From an uncultured Nitrososphaerales archaeon (lineage in GTDB: Archaea; Thermoproteota; Nitrososphaeria; Nitrososphaerales; Nitrososphaeraceae): 64,000 nucleotides of DNA. The stretch lies in contig CAWJCY010000012.1 of NCBI GenBank assembly GCA_963841565.1, positions 224,001 to 288,000 on the forward strand, given 5' to 3'. The notes beneath the pieces were generated by a model. It did no database searches. It saw nothing but the letters and a program-made list of their open reading frames with translations, and was not told the origin of the DNA. Below are positions 42,285 through 53,063 of this stretch, in pieces (position 1 is the stretch's first letter; every line of letters starts with the position of its first letter). The translations under genes and the position numbers were made by a program.

Positions 42285-42379
42285 TGGGGCCAGTGGGATT
42301 CGAACCCACGACCGCCAGCGCCCCAGGCGTATACCTTGAATCCAAGATGGTATCCTAGACCAAGCTAGACGATAGCCCC
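42285..42379 (-). tRNA. tRNA-Pro(GGG) with 19-nt non-canonical intron at 29/30 (42329..42347)
   Basis: Acceptor GGGGCTA/TGGCCCC-A, GGTTCGAATCC T-arm; anticodon arm CCAGC-CTGGGGC-GCTGG forms after intron removal; strict BHB. Confidence 0.95.
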
Positions 42380-42509
42380 TTAGGACCGTTAAATATTAAC
42401 CATTTTTAAATGTACAGCAGTGGCGACCTCAGAGTATTTGCTCTCGGACGAAAATATATCTTCCGCCCCAATCGATTAATATAAACTCCTCTGCAAACAT
42501 GAGCTGTAT

Positions 42510-42977
42510 ATGATTGAGGAAAGAATCACAGAATTGGGTTTGGATCTGCCCTCACCGCCAAACCCGGCAGGGTCATATGTGCCAGTCGTGATTGAAGGTG
42601 ACTTGGTCTACGTGTCAGGGCAGATCCCATTACAATCTGGGTCAGTTCCCGAAATTTTCAGAGGTAAAGTTACTAGCGTTGTGAACATCGAAATTGCTCA
42701 AGATGCAGCCCGAGTATGCACCCTTAACGCTCTTTCGCACATCAAAGCTGCCTTAGGTGATCTCGATAGAGTTAGAAAATTCATACGGCTCTCGGGATAC
42801 GTTAATTCGGATCCCACTTTCACAGATCAACCTAAGGTAATTAATGCTGCATCAGATATGTTAGCAGATATTTTTGGTCACGCAGGAAAACACACTCGCC
42901 TGGCGATAGGCGTTTCCAGCTTGCCTCTCGGGAGTGCAGTTGAAATTGAATTTCTAGTCAAGACTGATAGAATATAA
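42510..42977 (+). CDS. RidA/YjgF family protein
   Basis: P.GSYVP, VYVSGQIP, NAASD, GKHTRLAIGV.SLP..SAVEIE. Confidence 0.92.
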   Translation: MIEERITELGLDLPSPPNPAGSYVPVVIEGDLVYVSGQIPLQSGSVPEIFRGKVTSVVNIEIAQDAARVCTLNALSHIKAALGDLDRVRKFIRLSGYVNSDPTFTDQPKVINAASDMLADIFGHAGKHTRLAIGVSSLPLGSAVEIEFLVKTDRI

Positions 42978-43056
42978 ATAACCTTTCATAAGTTGCATGC
43001 TACATACACGAGTCCTAAGGTCAGATACGGCTAACGGTGGGGAAGTCAGGTCAGTA

Positions 43057-43488
43057 TTAGGTAGACTGGGTCTTCTCGGTTTCTTCACTTGTGTCTTTAT
43101 CTACAAACTCGTTCTTTCTTTCTTTAATTAGAGGAATCACCCTATCAACCAAAATGGAATCATAATCCTTGGCGTCTACGTCCAGTGTTAGAAGGAGGAA
43201 ATAATCTTCGTTAATCCTAATTGTGGCTCGTATGACTTTTTCGTACTTTCCAACTGCATATGTGAGATCACCTATTTTTGATTGGAATTTGATTCTAGTC
43301 TTGTGCCTTGTTACGGTCAACGCAGCATATTCTTCGTTCTCCTCGTCCGTCATGAGCTGTTCTAATCCTTCTCGGTGCTCTGCATTCAGAAGTACGCCAA
43401 ATTTATTGGCTATGCCCATCCATCGTACCGATGGGTCAAGATTCAATATCTTCTTTGAAAATTCGTAGAGGAGGTCATATTCGATCAT
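43057..43488 (-). CDS. DUF6659-like protein
   Basis: LDPSVRWMGIANKFG...IGDLTYAVGKYEKVIRATI. Confidence 0.7.
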   Translation of the reverse strand: MIEYDLLYEFSKKILNLDPSVRWMGIANKFGVLLNAEHREGLEQLMTDEENEEYAALTVTRHKTRIKFQSKIGDLTYAVGKYEKVIRATIRINEDYFLLLTLDVDAKDYDSILVDRVIPLIKERKNEFVDKDTSEETEKTQST

Positions 43489-44461
43489 CTCGTTCCTATG
43501 AAAACCTCTTTTGCTTATTTAAATTGATGGATGTATAGCTTAGTCCAGAAATTCTTCTGAGAACTATGACGATATTTTACTACTGCATTCTAATTTAGAC
43601 AATCCGCAAGTGAAGTAAGAATTGGGCATGTAGTGAGGTACTGTACCGTCCTAAATCTATATCGATTTAAGCAGATAAAAATCGTGCTTTTACCTGCACT
43701 TGGATGATAATGGCATCAACGTCCCCTTTCGCCTCGATGTACCATTGATGAATGCTAGATATTCGCATCTACCATCGTAATTGATCAAGCTCTCCAAAGG
43801 TCACCAATCCCGCGATAAATCAATTTAGTTGATGACACCATGATATTAATGAAGCTTGTCTTATGCAGTGTAAAAGCCTACTTCCTACGATTTGTTGGAG
43901 GCTTGAAACCAAATTAGAATAGGTTAAGATGATAACCTTGACCAATGATGGAGTAGCGAAACGTTATCACTTTGTCTCCCCTCGAATGTGAGGCAAATTT
44001 AATGAAATATAATTAAACGAAGCGCTAGCTCTTTCAATATTCTCAATGTTGACTAAAATCCATGTATTAATTACCTTCCAGGTTTCCACAATGGTAGCCA
44101 AAAAAATCCAGTACTGTCATCTCCATACCCCATCGCGTGATCCGTTACGGAACGTGAAGCCAAATGGATGGTAATTCTAAAACGCTTGCTAACAGTATCG
44201 AAATATCAATTGGTTGCTTACATGATTCCTGTAGGATTCTTTCCTTTTATGCATGTAAAGCGTTTCCACAACTAGCATATTAGAGCAGAATTTTGGTAGT
44301 GATCTTTGCTCAGCCACCTATGATTCTGATTTACTGCCTTAACCGAGCGTCCGCTTTATGGTGACTAACTTGTCTCAAAAATTTCTGTTAACTGATAGAA
44401 CCACTTTGAATATCAAAATTCTAGCTGTCACATGTTCGTTTTCAAATAAAAATGTAGGATT

Positions 44462-44839
44462 TTAGGAAACTGACACCTTTCCTAACATCTGGGGATGTAA
44501 TGTACAATAGTAGTCATATTCACCAGCCTGATCGAATTTGAAGTCGAAAGTTGCTTTTGGAGATAGTATTCCTGAGTCAAACACCTTACCAGAGTCTTCT
44601 GCGCCTACCGCACCTGAAGTAGCAGTATGGATCTGGCTATCATCGTTTGTCCATGTTACTGATTCTCCGGCCTTCAATTCAGCAGGATTTGGTGAATATG
44701 CCTTATCTCCCATAGTAGATGCATTGGGTACTATCGAGACGCTCGCACCTTGGGCATATACCAAGACATTGCTTATTGACAAACCACCAACTAGTGCCGA
44801 GAATACGCACAATACCACCGCTATTTTTATTGTAGACAT
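44462..44839 (-). CDS. Exported plastocyanin/azurin-like blue copper protein
   Basis: Signal peptide; WTN.D...HT.T, YYCTLHPQM. Confidence 0.92.
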   Translation of the reverse strand: MSTIKIAVVLCVFSALVGGLSISNVLVYAQGASVSIVPNASTMGDKAYSPNPAELKAGESVTWTNDDSQIHTATSGAVGAEDSGKVFDSGILSPKATFDFKFDQAGEYDYYCTLHPQMLGKVSVS

Positions 44840-44964
44840 CAGAGTTCGAATTAATGATATTGAATAAGTAGTTTGCGTTTCATAAGCTCAAATCAATTTT
44901 CATGGGGCTTGTTGGTCGTCGGACACTGACACGTTGCACTTCTTAAAAGGTGTCTGGACAAAGG

Positions 44965-46395
44965 CTATTCTGGGTGGTTCTCCATCATCAAATTCTGGCT
45001 CGCAAATCTGTCAATTATACTACACATGCATTTAGTGGTTTTAAGAAGCAGATCAGTTCTAGCGAATTCGTTGGGCGAATGCATTTTTGAATAAATAAAT
45101 GTGCTACCAATTGATATGCACGGCACATTAAGATTCTTTGAAAAGGAATCCATTGGTCCTGTGGCGGGAGATGAGACGCTTATTTTGGTGTCACCATATA
45201 CCTCGCGTGCAGACTCACTTACAACATCAACAAACGGATCATTGACATCTGTTCGTGAGGCAGCTTCTCCATGCAGGAATCGAACACTTAATGACCGTTC
45301 ATCGAATCCATTTTTGGCAAGGTATGTCTTGAGTCGTTCAAATTGGACAAGGGGGTCCATTTCCGGCACGAGTCTGAAATCGATTTTTACATTCGCTGTC
45401 GACGGAATGATGGTCTTTGCACCTTCTCCGGTATATCCGGAAATCATTCCAGCAATATTGCAGGTGGGCATTGAGACCAACGCTTTCTGGATCTCTGTGC
45501 CTTGAGCATTGTTTAAGAAAGAATGGATACCGTATTCTGTCTTAAATCGAATCTCATCGAAGCTCTCTGTCTGTAAAAAGGCTTTTTCACTCTCAGTAAG
45601 ATCTCTGACTTCGTTGTACCAATCAGTGATCAATATCTTGCCAGTGCTATCGGTGAGTTTGTTCAAGGCTTGGACCAACTTCCAAGCAGGATTTTCAATC
45701 AAGACTGCAAGGCTTGAATGAGCATCGCGATTTGGGCCAACTGCAGTTAGCTCTACAAATAGCAAGCCTTTCATTCCAAGGGTTATTATCGGGATGTTTT
45801 GTTCATTGATGTAGCCGAACTCCCAGATGACACCGTCACATGAGAGTTCGTCATGATATCTTGCTAAATACTCTCCTAAGTGAATACTACCTATCTCCTC
45901 TTCTCCTTCTACGAGAAATTTTATGTTACATGGAACGTCACCAAAAAATTTAAGGTAATATTCGACTGCTTTGATACGAGTAATTAGTTCTCCTTTGTCA
46001 TCAGAGGATCCTCTGCCGTAAATATAATCTCCTTCAATAACACCTTCGTAAGGGTCATGTTCCCAAAGTTCAATAGGGTCCTCTGGTTGTACGTCATAAT
46101 GGTTATAAAACATCAGAGTTCTAGTGAGGCCATTTGTCTTTCTCTTCGTTTTCACTTCTCCATAGACAATAGGTGGTGCCATACTGCTTGCGTCGCCAAG
46201 GGAGCCATCTTTGGGGAGATTTAGAATTCTTGTGTCAATACCGGCTTTTATCATGATTCCTGCCACAACAGCAGCACATTGTTCCAAGCCTTGCTTCTTA
46301 GCTGAAACACTGCGCTGCCTAATGAGTGATTGAAGGTCAGCAACTAGGTCCTCCTTTCTAGAATCTATGTATGAAAAAAGATCACGTCTATCCAA
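44965..46395 (-). CDS. M20 family metallopeptidase
   Basis: YNHYDVQP, GRGSSDDKG, EGEEEIGS, MHSPNE. Confidence 0.93.
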   Translation of the reverse strand: MDRRDLFSYIDSRKEDLVADLQSLIRQRSVSAKKQGLEQCAAVVAGIMIKAGIDTRILNLPKDGSLGDASSMAPPIVYGEVKTKRKTNGLTRTLMFYNHYDVQPEDPIELWEHDPYEGVIEGDYIYGRGSSDDKGELITRIKAVEYYLKFFGDVPCNIKFLVEGEEEIGSIHLGEYLARYHDELSCDGVIWEFGYINEQNIPIITLGMKGLLFVELTAVGPNRDAHSSLAVLIENPAWKLVQALNKLTDSTGKILITDWYNEVRDLTESEKAFLQTESFDEIRFKTEYGIHSFLNNAQGTEIQKALVSMPTCNIAGMISGYTGEGAKTIIPSTANVKIDFRLVPEMDPLVQFERLKTYLAKNGFDERSLSVRFLHGEAASRTDVNDPFVDVVSESAREVYGDTKISVSSPATGPMDSFSKNLNVPCISIGSTFIYSKMHSPNEFARTDLLLKTTKCMCSIIDRFASQNLMMENHPE

Positions 46396-46532
46396 TACAT
46401 ATTCAATTTTTGAAGTTATGAATTAATAGTTTGTGCCTTAAATAATTCGTCTTTAAACCTTAGCAAAGTTAGTTCAAGACCCATGCCCTTTCGCGAAAGG
46501 ATTTATAACAATATGATCTAGGTACATATATT

Positions 46533-46925
46533 ATGGGATTCGGACAATATATGGCTAAAGAATTGATGAGAGAGCTAGGAAATAAGTCTAGGGAATTCTT
46601 CGAATTCGTAATGCCTGCACTAGATATGTATGAGGACGGCTCCGACCTAGTCGTTTTGATTGACCTTCCAGGATTTTCAAAGCAAGATATCTCTTTGAGA
46701 ATATTAGACAATATCCTTTCCATAAGTGCAAAGAGGCAAAGGGATGAGAAGACAAGTACAGGTACCGTTTACTTCCAGCAGAGACCGTTACATATCAACA
46801 AGAAGGTTCCGTTACCTATCAAGGTTACCGAGGAGGACCAAGTACTGGGTTCTGCAACGTATGTTGACGGCGTCGTCACTTTGCGAATACCTATTCCCAG
46901 ATACAATACAATCCCTATTTCGTAA
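46533..46925 (+). CDS. Small heat-shock protein (Hsp20 family)
   Basis: DLPGF...I.L...LSISA.R, ATYVDGVVTLRIP. Confidence 0.92.
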   Translation: MGFGQYMAKELMRELGNKSREFFEFVMPALDMYEDGSDLVVLIDLPGFSKQDISLRILDNILSISAKRQRDEKTSTGTVYFQQRPLHINKKVPLPIKVTEEDQVLGSATYVDGVVTLRIPIPRYNTIPIS

Positions 46926-46937
46926 GTGGAATAGAGA

Positions 46938-48584
46938 CTAACGCTTTCTTCTTGCGAAGGCAAAGGTTGCTACGAATGTTCCCGCTGAGGCTACTAAGCC
47001 TGCAATTCCCATGAACAAATTGTATTGAATGAATATTGCTGATCCAATGAACAATCCTGAGCCGATAATGCTAACTGAAGTCAGCCATTGTCTTCTCGAT
47101 GACATCTCTTTTGTGCGTAAATCCGCTTCCATATATGATCGTAAATACGGTGCCAAACTGATACTAGTCTCAAGTCCTTTCACTAGCCGCCTGAAATAGT
47201 CTTTTGTCTCCTCCACATATGCTTCTCTAAGCAATCCTTCTTCAGCTAATATATCTGCCAACACCTTGACGAATTGGAATTTAACCTTGTGATGGTGATA
47301 AATTCCTTCAAGTATAGAACTCATTCGCATATAGAGTGCTAGATTCTTTGGAAGTCTAAATGGAAATTTGCTCATCGTCTTATTGGTGAGGTCAATGAGA
47401 GCCTTAACTTCCATCTTGTCTACTTGTTGACCATGAAGCGATCTAATACTAAATTCCAAGGCCTTTTCAACTATGTACCTGTTAACGGAAGGTTCCAGTG
47501 TTCCCAGATCAATTAATACATTCACTGCCCGTACTGGATCTTTTTCAATTAAACCGAGATACAACCTTACAAGTTTCAGGCGTGTATCATCATCTATTCT
47601 TCCCACCATCCCAAAGTCATATAGAATGATCTTGCCATCAGATGTTACAGAAATGTTTCCCGGATGAGGATCGGCATGAAAAATGCTATCTTTAAGGAGC
47701 ATTTTAAAGAATACGCGATGCACCTTCGAAACTATCCTCCCCCTATCCAAACCCAAAGCGTCCATTGCGGCAATATCTGTTATTTTTGTCCCAGGGATGT
47801 ACTCCATAGATAGAACGTGTCTAGAAGTTATCTCTGGAATAAGCTCTGGAACTAGTACTGTTGGATCATGGCTCAGGTTTCTACGAATCGTCTTAAGATT
47901 TCTTGCTTCAATTCTGTAGTCCATTTCTTCACTAATAGTTTCCACAAATTGAGAGAACATCGCTTCCACGGAATACCTCAAATTGGGATCTATGAAACGG
48001 GTTGCCAACGGCAGTATTGACTTTAGAACCAGAATATCCCTTGAGACTGTCTTCTCTATATTCGGTCGTGATGCTTTAATGATTACGTCTCGACCCTTGT
48101 AGCGAGCTAAATAGACCTGTCCAAGGCTAGCCCCAGATTTAGCCTTCTTATCGAATCTGTCGAAAACATGATCAATTTTTCCTATTTCATTTTCCATAGT
48201 CTCCTGAACCAATGAAAAATCCGAAGGGGGTACATCATCTTGGAGCTTTGCGAGAACCTCAAGATAGGGTTGAGGAAGCACATCAGTTCTAGTTGATAAC
48301 CATTGGCCTAGTTTTATATATGAAGGACCAAGTGCAATAAACGTGGCAAGGGTCTTCTCCGCATGTTTGACGTATTTCTTGGTGTCAATATTTTTGCCCT
48401 CTCGCTTTACCCACTCCCGACGGTCCTTCCTCAGATGAATTATTATTGGAATTAGCTTAACTAGTACCTTCATCAGATATAGTTTCGAAACACGTGGGAC
48501 TGCTTCCATCGTTTTTGAGACTGCATCTTCCGTTGTAATGGGCTCAGAGGGCTCCTGATGATCTAATTGCTCAATCTTTTCCAA
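46938..48584 (-). CDS. AarF/ABC1/UbiB family kinase
   Basis: LGPSYIKLGQ, ASLGQVY, FHADPHPGN, YDFGM. Confidence 0.95.
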   Translation of the reverse strand: MEKIEQLDHQEPSEPITTEDAVSKTMEAVPRVSKLYLMKVLVKLIPIIIHLRKDRREWVKREGKNIDTKKYVKHAEKTLATFIALGPSYIKLGQWLSTRTDVLPQPYLEVLAKLQDDVPPSDFSLVQETMENEIGKIDHVFDRFDKKAKSGASLGQVYLARYKGRDVIIKASRPNIEKTVSRDILVLKSILPLATRFIDPNLRYSVEAMFSQFVETISEEMDYRIEARNLKTIRRNLSHDPTVLVPELIPEITSRHVLSMEYIPGTKITDIAAMDALGLDRGRIVSKVHRVFFKMLLKDSIFHADPHPGNISVTSDGKIILYDFGMVGRIDDDTRLKLVRLYLGLIEKDPVRAVNVLIDLGTLEPSVNRYIVEKALEFSIRSLHGQQVDKMEVKALIDLTNKTMSKFPFRLPKNLALYMRMSSILEGIYHHHKVKFQFVKVLADILAEEGLLREAYVEETKDYFRRLVKGLETSISLAPYLRSYMEADLRTKEMSSRRQWLTSVSIIGSGLFIGSAIFIQYNLFMGIAGLVASAGTFVATFAFARRKR

Positions 48585-48587
48585 AAT

Positions 48588-49022
48588 TTATTCTCGCCTT
48601 TGGCCCAACTTTTTTAAGGACTTGGTGAGGGCGTAACCGGTATAGGCAGCAAATATTCCTGCAAGGTAAGGAGACGAGCCATCCTTAACGTCGATTTCGG
48701 AAAAGGAATTTGAATTTGCTCTGTTCTTTCTTGAACGATTAATCGACCTTTCTTTTAGAGTTGAATAAATTGAGAGTCCGGAGAGCACACCGACTAAATA
48801 TTCTGGAGCGTCAACGATAAGATGACCAATAGGATCACTTAGCGGGTCTATCTTGTCTGAATGGACCGAATAGTAGCTGTCGTATTCTCTTATGTGGAGT
48901 TTTCCAGCCCTGAATTGCCTTAATGCCCCACACCCGCTGCCAAGTGCAGTCGGAGAATATTCGATTATAGGTCTGACAGACTTTGGTACAATGATGCAAC
49001 CGTCGTCGTCCACGAATCTCAC
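48588..49022 (-). CDS. Hypothetical protein
   Basis: GALRQFR...LHIREY...VH.DK.DP..DPIGHL..DAPE motif-like segment; coupled to the kinase gene. Confidence 0.7.
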   Translation of the reverse strand: MRFVDDDGCIIVPKSVRPIIEYSPTALGSGCGALRQFRAGKLHIREYDSYYSVHSDKIDPLSDPIGHLIVDAPEYLVGVLSGLSIYSTLKERSINRSRKNRANSNSFSEIDVKDGSSPYLAGIFAAYTGYALTKSLKKLGQRRE

Positions 49023-49215
49023 GGTTATTCATTTGGGATTTAGCCGGATATAATATTAGCTCTAGTGTCTAATAGTCGATTTCATGGAATGCAGCTTTTG
49101 CAAATGGCTTCAGGTATTTTTCCTATGTGTATAAGGGATTACAACATTCAAGATTCATTCTAGTCTACTGACATCGAACGTACAAGAAGGCCAACAAAGA
49201 AAAACTCCTAATAAT

Positions 49216-49551
49216 ATGAAAATACCACTAAGTAGTATGTCAAATGACCAGCAAAAAAAGTATCGTAAACTTTCAGGGAGCGAAATAGAGTCAGCAATTT
49301 CCACTTTGGAGGCTTGGACCATTAAGGACTCCAAGCTTCATCGATCATTTAAATTCGGCAATTTCGTTGAGGCATTTACTTTCATGACAGAGGTTGCTCT
49401 TCATGCTGAAAAGATGGATCATCATCCAGAATGGTTCAATGTGTATAACACAGTCAAGATCGACTTAATGACTCATGACGTTAATGGCATTAGCGATTAC
49501 GATATAAAATTGGCAAACCTGATCAATAGCATCTATGAAAAGAAAAAATGA
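49216..49551 (+). CDS. Pterin-4a-carbinolamine dehydratase
   Basis: [25 protein letters not shown]. Confidence 0.93.
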   Translation: MKIPLSSMSNDQQKKYRKLSGSEIESAISTLEAWTIKDSKLHRSFKFGNFVEAFTFMTEVALHAEKMDHHPEWFNVYNTVKIDLMTHDVNGISDYDIKLANLINSIYEKKK

Positions 49552-49620
49552 TCGACTCAGATAACAAATGCCTTCCACAATGACTATTTGTGGTCAATCA
49601 ATCCACTTTTTTGGCTCAAA

Positions 49621-50239
49621 TCATTCTTCAATCGGCCTAATATCTGCGGAGTAGGCTAGGAGACCTGCTATAGTTTTGCAATCTTGAATCTCTCCTCTTA
49701 GGCATTTACGAATCGCGGTGCCAATTTTCATTCTTTTGATAGAAATATCCTCGTCGTCGTCTAGCCTGCCCCGCGGCACTTTTATCAAGTCAGTACATAC
49801 AAAGAGGTACATTAACTCCGTGTCATAACCAGGAGCGAGATAAAAAGTTGTCAAAAGAGAAAATTTTCCGATATAGCCTATTTCTTCGGCTAACTCTCGA
49901 TAAGCGAGCCTTTGCAGGAGATTCCCCTTTTTCGATTTTGCCCGCTGGAATCTCTAGTAAACTTCTACCAGTTGCGTGCCTGTACTGCTTAACAAGATAT
50001 ACATACGAATCATGATCTATGGGAATCATCCCCACTGAAGGGCTATGCTCCACTATCTCTTTTTCAATAATCTTACCATTCAAGGTGAATCTGTCAATTC
50101 TCAAGGAAATATTGCCTGAATGAATCTTTGTACTGTGTTGCACGTCGACCGATCGTGGGCGATTCTTCGCTAATTTCTGTACCATCTTGCCTACCTTCTT
50201 GACTGAATGTAATGTTCTAGGATTTCTTACTAACCCCAT
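49621..50239 (-). CDS. NUDIX hydrolase, ADP-ribose pyrophosphatase-like (+1 frameshift near 49906)
   Basis: EIPAGKIEKGE..AAYRELAEEIGY Nudix box restored by removing one base; tail IQDCKT. Confidence 0.85.
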
Positions 50240-50244
50240 TCATA

Positions 50245-50980
50245 TTAAGAAGAATATGTGAAAATTTCATCCAACGTTACAGCGAATGGTTTTCGTCCGC
50301 TAATTTTGAACCTTGTCGAGTTGCCTTTAGTACCTATCTCCTGTATGTATCCAAGTTTCTTGAAAATGGCAATTCCAATTTTGCCTCTTTGTCGATTGTT
50401 TCCACATGCTACTCGTTCCCTATCCTGAAGATCCTGGAGGATGAAGGTTCCATCCTCACTCTCATCTGATAACTCTAGCGCTCGCTCTCCAAATCTTATA
50501 AATGTAAGAGTTAGAATTATTGAGAGATCCCATGTATAGCGTCCTCGAACGTGACATAGATTGAGTTATCAATTGCGCCGCGAATTCCATTCTGTCTGTC
50601 TTACTAGTGTAGAATCTGTAAATATTTTGTCTACGATACTTTCTTTTTTCCTCTTGATTGTTATCAAACCAATAGACGAAGCCTTCCGGTTCAGGCATAA
50701 AAGGCTGAATTACTTTGATTCGGTTTAATTTGGAGTTCGAGTTGACTATATTTTGTGCAACTTCTATCATCTCGAAATTGACTAGATACTTCTTCTGACG
50801 ATGTGATTCAAGAACCATAACGATACCTTCGTCAATAAGTGAGCGTAGTGCGGTTTGAAAATTAGGGTCATAATGCCTTCCGGCCTCCCTAAATAATTGG
50901 CTTTCAGAAATGCTTCTGTGAATACCTTCACAGATTAACTGCTTCAATATCCATTTTTGCCATTCTTGGATAACTAGCAT
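50245..50980 (-). CDS. Hypothetical protein with wHTH-like segments (+1 frameshift near 50482)
   Basis: ORF continues in the adjacent frame ELSDESEDG...IFKKLGYIQE...FKISG to TAA at 50245. Confidence 0.65.
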
Positions 50981-51120
50981 GGAGGATAGCTAAAAATTCT
51001 CATACTGTTATTTAAATTAATCAAATTAATCATAAAATATCAAACTAAATATGGTAATCGCAAGGGGCCAGCTCTTCACTCAGGTTTAAATAATTGACTT
51101 AATTAATTTTTATACGCAAG

Positions 51121-51492
51121 TTGGAATCCGCCACAAGTAGTGACGTTGGAACTCGGCCACTCGAAGATATCTTCGGAAATGCTGTAGCCAAGGTTTTGGA
51201 CTTTCTGATAATCAATGAACCCTTTGACTATTCTCTAGACGAGATTAGTCAGTTCTCGCATATTCCGATAGGCACTTTGCAAAAAATGATCCCGGGATTG
51301 GTAGATAAGGGTCTGTTGGAAGAAATCGGAAAGAAACGTGAAGGTAGAAATTATAGGTTTAGCGAAAGGAGCGATCTGGCTCGGACGCTGAGTCAGTATG
51401 TACTTGCAAAAATTAATCATGACATAGAAAAAGAGAAGGTTAGTAGAAGAGTTAAAGCGAAAGTACCCGCACCCGGTATTAAGGGCAACTAA
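51121..51492 (+). CDS. Winged helix-turn-helix regulator
   Basis: DIFG...KVLDFL...YSLDEISQ...TLQK....LVDKGLL...NYRF. Confidence 0.75.
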   Translation: MESATSSDVGTRPLEDIFGNAVAKVLDFLIINEPFDYSLDEISQFSHIPIGTLQKMIPGLVDKGLLEEIGKKREGRNYRFSERSDLARTLSQYVLAKINHDIEKEKVSRRVKAKVPAPGIKGN

Positions 51493-51673
51493 ATAGTTAT
51501 AGCAGAGTGATTTGAGCGGAATTGAAAGGTAGTATGTCCTAATTTTCTATCGATTTAAATGATGATGCCCCGATCGCAATAGCATTTTGTCTTCCATTAC
51601 TTAATATCTGAATCGTAGGGATCAGAAGATACGCTAAAATAGTCTATGAATTAAATAAAGACACTGCTGTCTT

Positions 51674-51940
51674 ATGGATCGCATAAAGAGAATATCTACA
51701 ACAGTATTGGAGAAGTATCCGGATCGTTTCGGTTCTGATTTTGAAAAGAACAAGAAGGCACTACAGGAAATTGCAATTACGAAATCAAAAGTCCTTCGGA
51801 ACAGAGTTGCAGGATATATAACCTCGTACCTTCGGAAACAGAAGGTTCAAGAGAAGATTCTTGAATCTGATGTCGACGCGGATATCGAAGGTGAGGACGA
51901 AGTTTCGGAAGAGAAGGAGATAAGTAACGTGCAACATTGA
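51674..51940 (+). CDS. rps17e: 30S ribosomal protein S17e
   Basis: IKR....LEKYP..F..DFEKNKK...SKVLRNRVAGYIT. Confidence 0.95.
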   Translation: MDRIKRISTTVLEKYPDRFGSDFEKNKKALQEIAITKSKVLRNRVAGYITSYLRKQKVQEKILESDVDADIEGEDEVSEEKEISNVQH

Positions 51941-52209
51941 TTACAGTTCGACTCTTGGGTGGCGTTAAGAAAATTATTGGAGAGGACTCGATTTGTATCA
52001 GGCAACCTCTTGTCAAAGTGTCATACGTAATGGACTTGTTAAGGAGGAACGCCACTGAGCCTGCCAAACTCAACTTCGACAATATCATCATTGCCGTAAA
52101 TGGTGTAGATTGCTCAATATTAGGTGGAATGGACGCATCAGCTAAAGAGGGAGACGAAGTAACCGTCGTGAGCATAGTGCATGGCGGCGGCGGTGGAAGT
52201 GTAAGATGA
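51937..52209 (+). CDS. MoaD/ThiS/SAMP ubiquitin-like sulfur carrier
   Basis: ITVRLLGG, IAVNGVD, EGDEV.VVS.VHGG plus extension GGGSVR. Confidence 0.85.
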   Translation: MITVRLLGGVKKIIGEDSICIRQPLVKVSYVMDLLRRNATEPAKLNFDNIIIAVNGVDCSILGGMDASAKEGDEVTVVSIVHGGGGGSVR

Positions 52210-52310
52210 ACTTTTACGCTAGTGGAAAATTATAGACGACTTTGAATTGGAGGGCTAAGAGCGATTACTCCCAATTCTTTTTGTTGCGCACGAATTCTGA
52301 TGAAGCATAA

Positions 52311-52863
52311 TTGAATAGAAGCAGCATTTATTCTGAATTCAAGTTATCAAATTTCTATGTTTCAATCTTTTACTGCGGTAAATTGGAAAATGTTAATGGA
52401 ACCAAGTTAGTAGAACAAACACGATACCGTTTTGAAAACGTTTACATTCAAGGAATTAATGTCGAGGCCATTTTTGGCTTGCGAGCACGTCGTCGAGGCT
52501 TTAAAGATCACGCTGGAAGCTCTTAAAAGAGGGATTATGGCTGCGAATCGACCCGAGCTTGACTTATTGTTGCGAATTTCTTGTACTACTCAAATTTCTA
52601 AGGCAATAAGTCATGCAGGGATAAAGTCTGGAAAATGTGTTTATTTTGTCATGTTTTCTAAAAATAAACGTGATTTACTCAAGGCTCGCTACTATGTGTT
52701 ACAATCGTTACCTGAATTTGATAGTCCCGAATTCGTTGTTGATGCATCAACACGAAATACTCTTGCAACCAATTTAGGTTTTGAAGCCGGCTCATATTTT
52801 CTGACTGATGATGACGAATTTCTTAAGTACCTTATTGAACGTGCAGCTCTAATCACAAAATAA
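52311..52863 (+). CDS. cgi121: KEOPS subunit Cgi121 (+1 frameshift near 52483)
   Basis: IQGIN...IFG..H, ELDLLLRISCTTQISKAI..AG, LIERAAL. Confidence 0.8.
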
Positions 52864-53063
52864 CCTTGGTCACCTTTTTGATTCCTGTGTGTCATACTAA
52901 GTTAGGCATAATGAGATTCCTTGATCTTTGTTACGATATTTAAAATCAAAATTAGTGGATATGTGCACACCTCAGTTCCGAGGAGTGAGTTATCTATACT
53001 ACTGTGCAACTCTAAAGGATTTTGAAAGCCCATTTCGGTATTAATACAAATTTTGATACTACT

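Larger units (their letters stand above)
39013..42306. mobile_element. Decayed tRNA-Pro-integrated element bounded by att-like direct repeats
   Basis: atggggccagtgggatt(t)gaa at 39013 duplicates the tRNA 3' end at 42284; contains an integrase relic. Confidence 0.7.

Noticed and set aside
43500-44450. ~950 bp without a long ORF; possible decayed sensor gene or ncRNA
   Set aside because: No convincing reading frame, repeat or structure found
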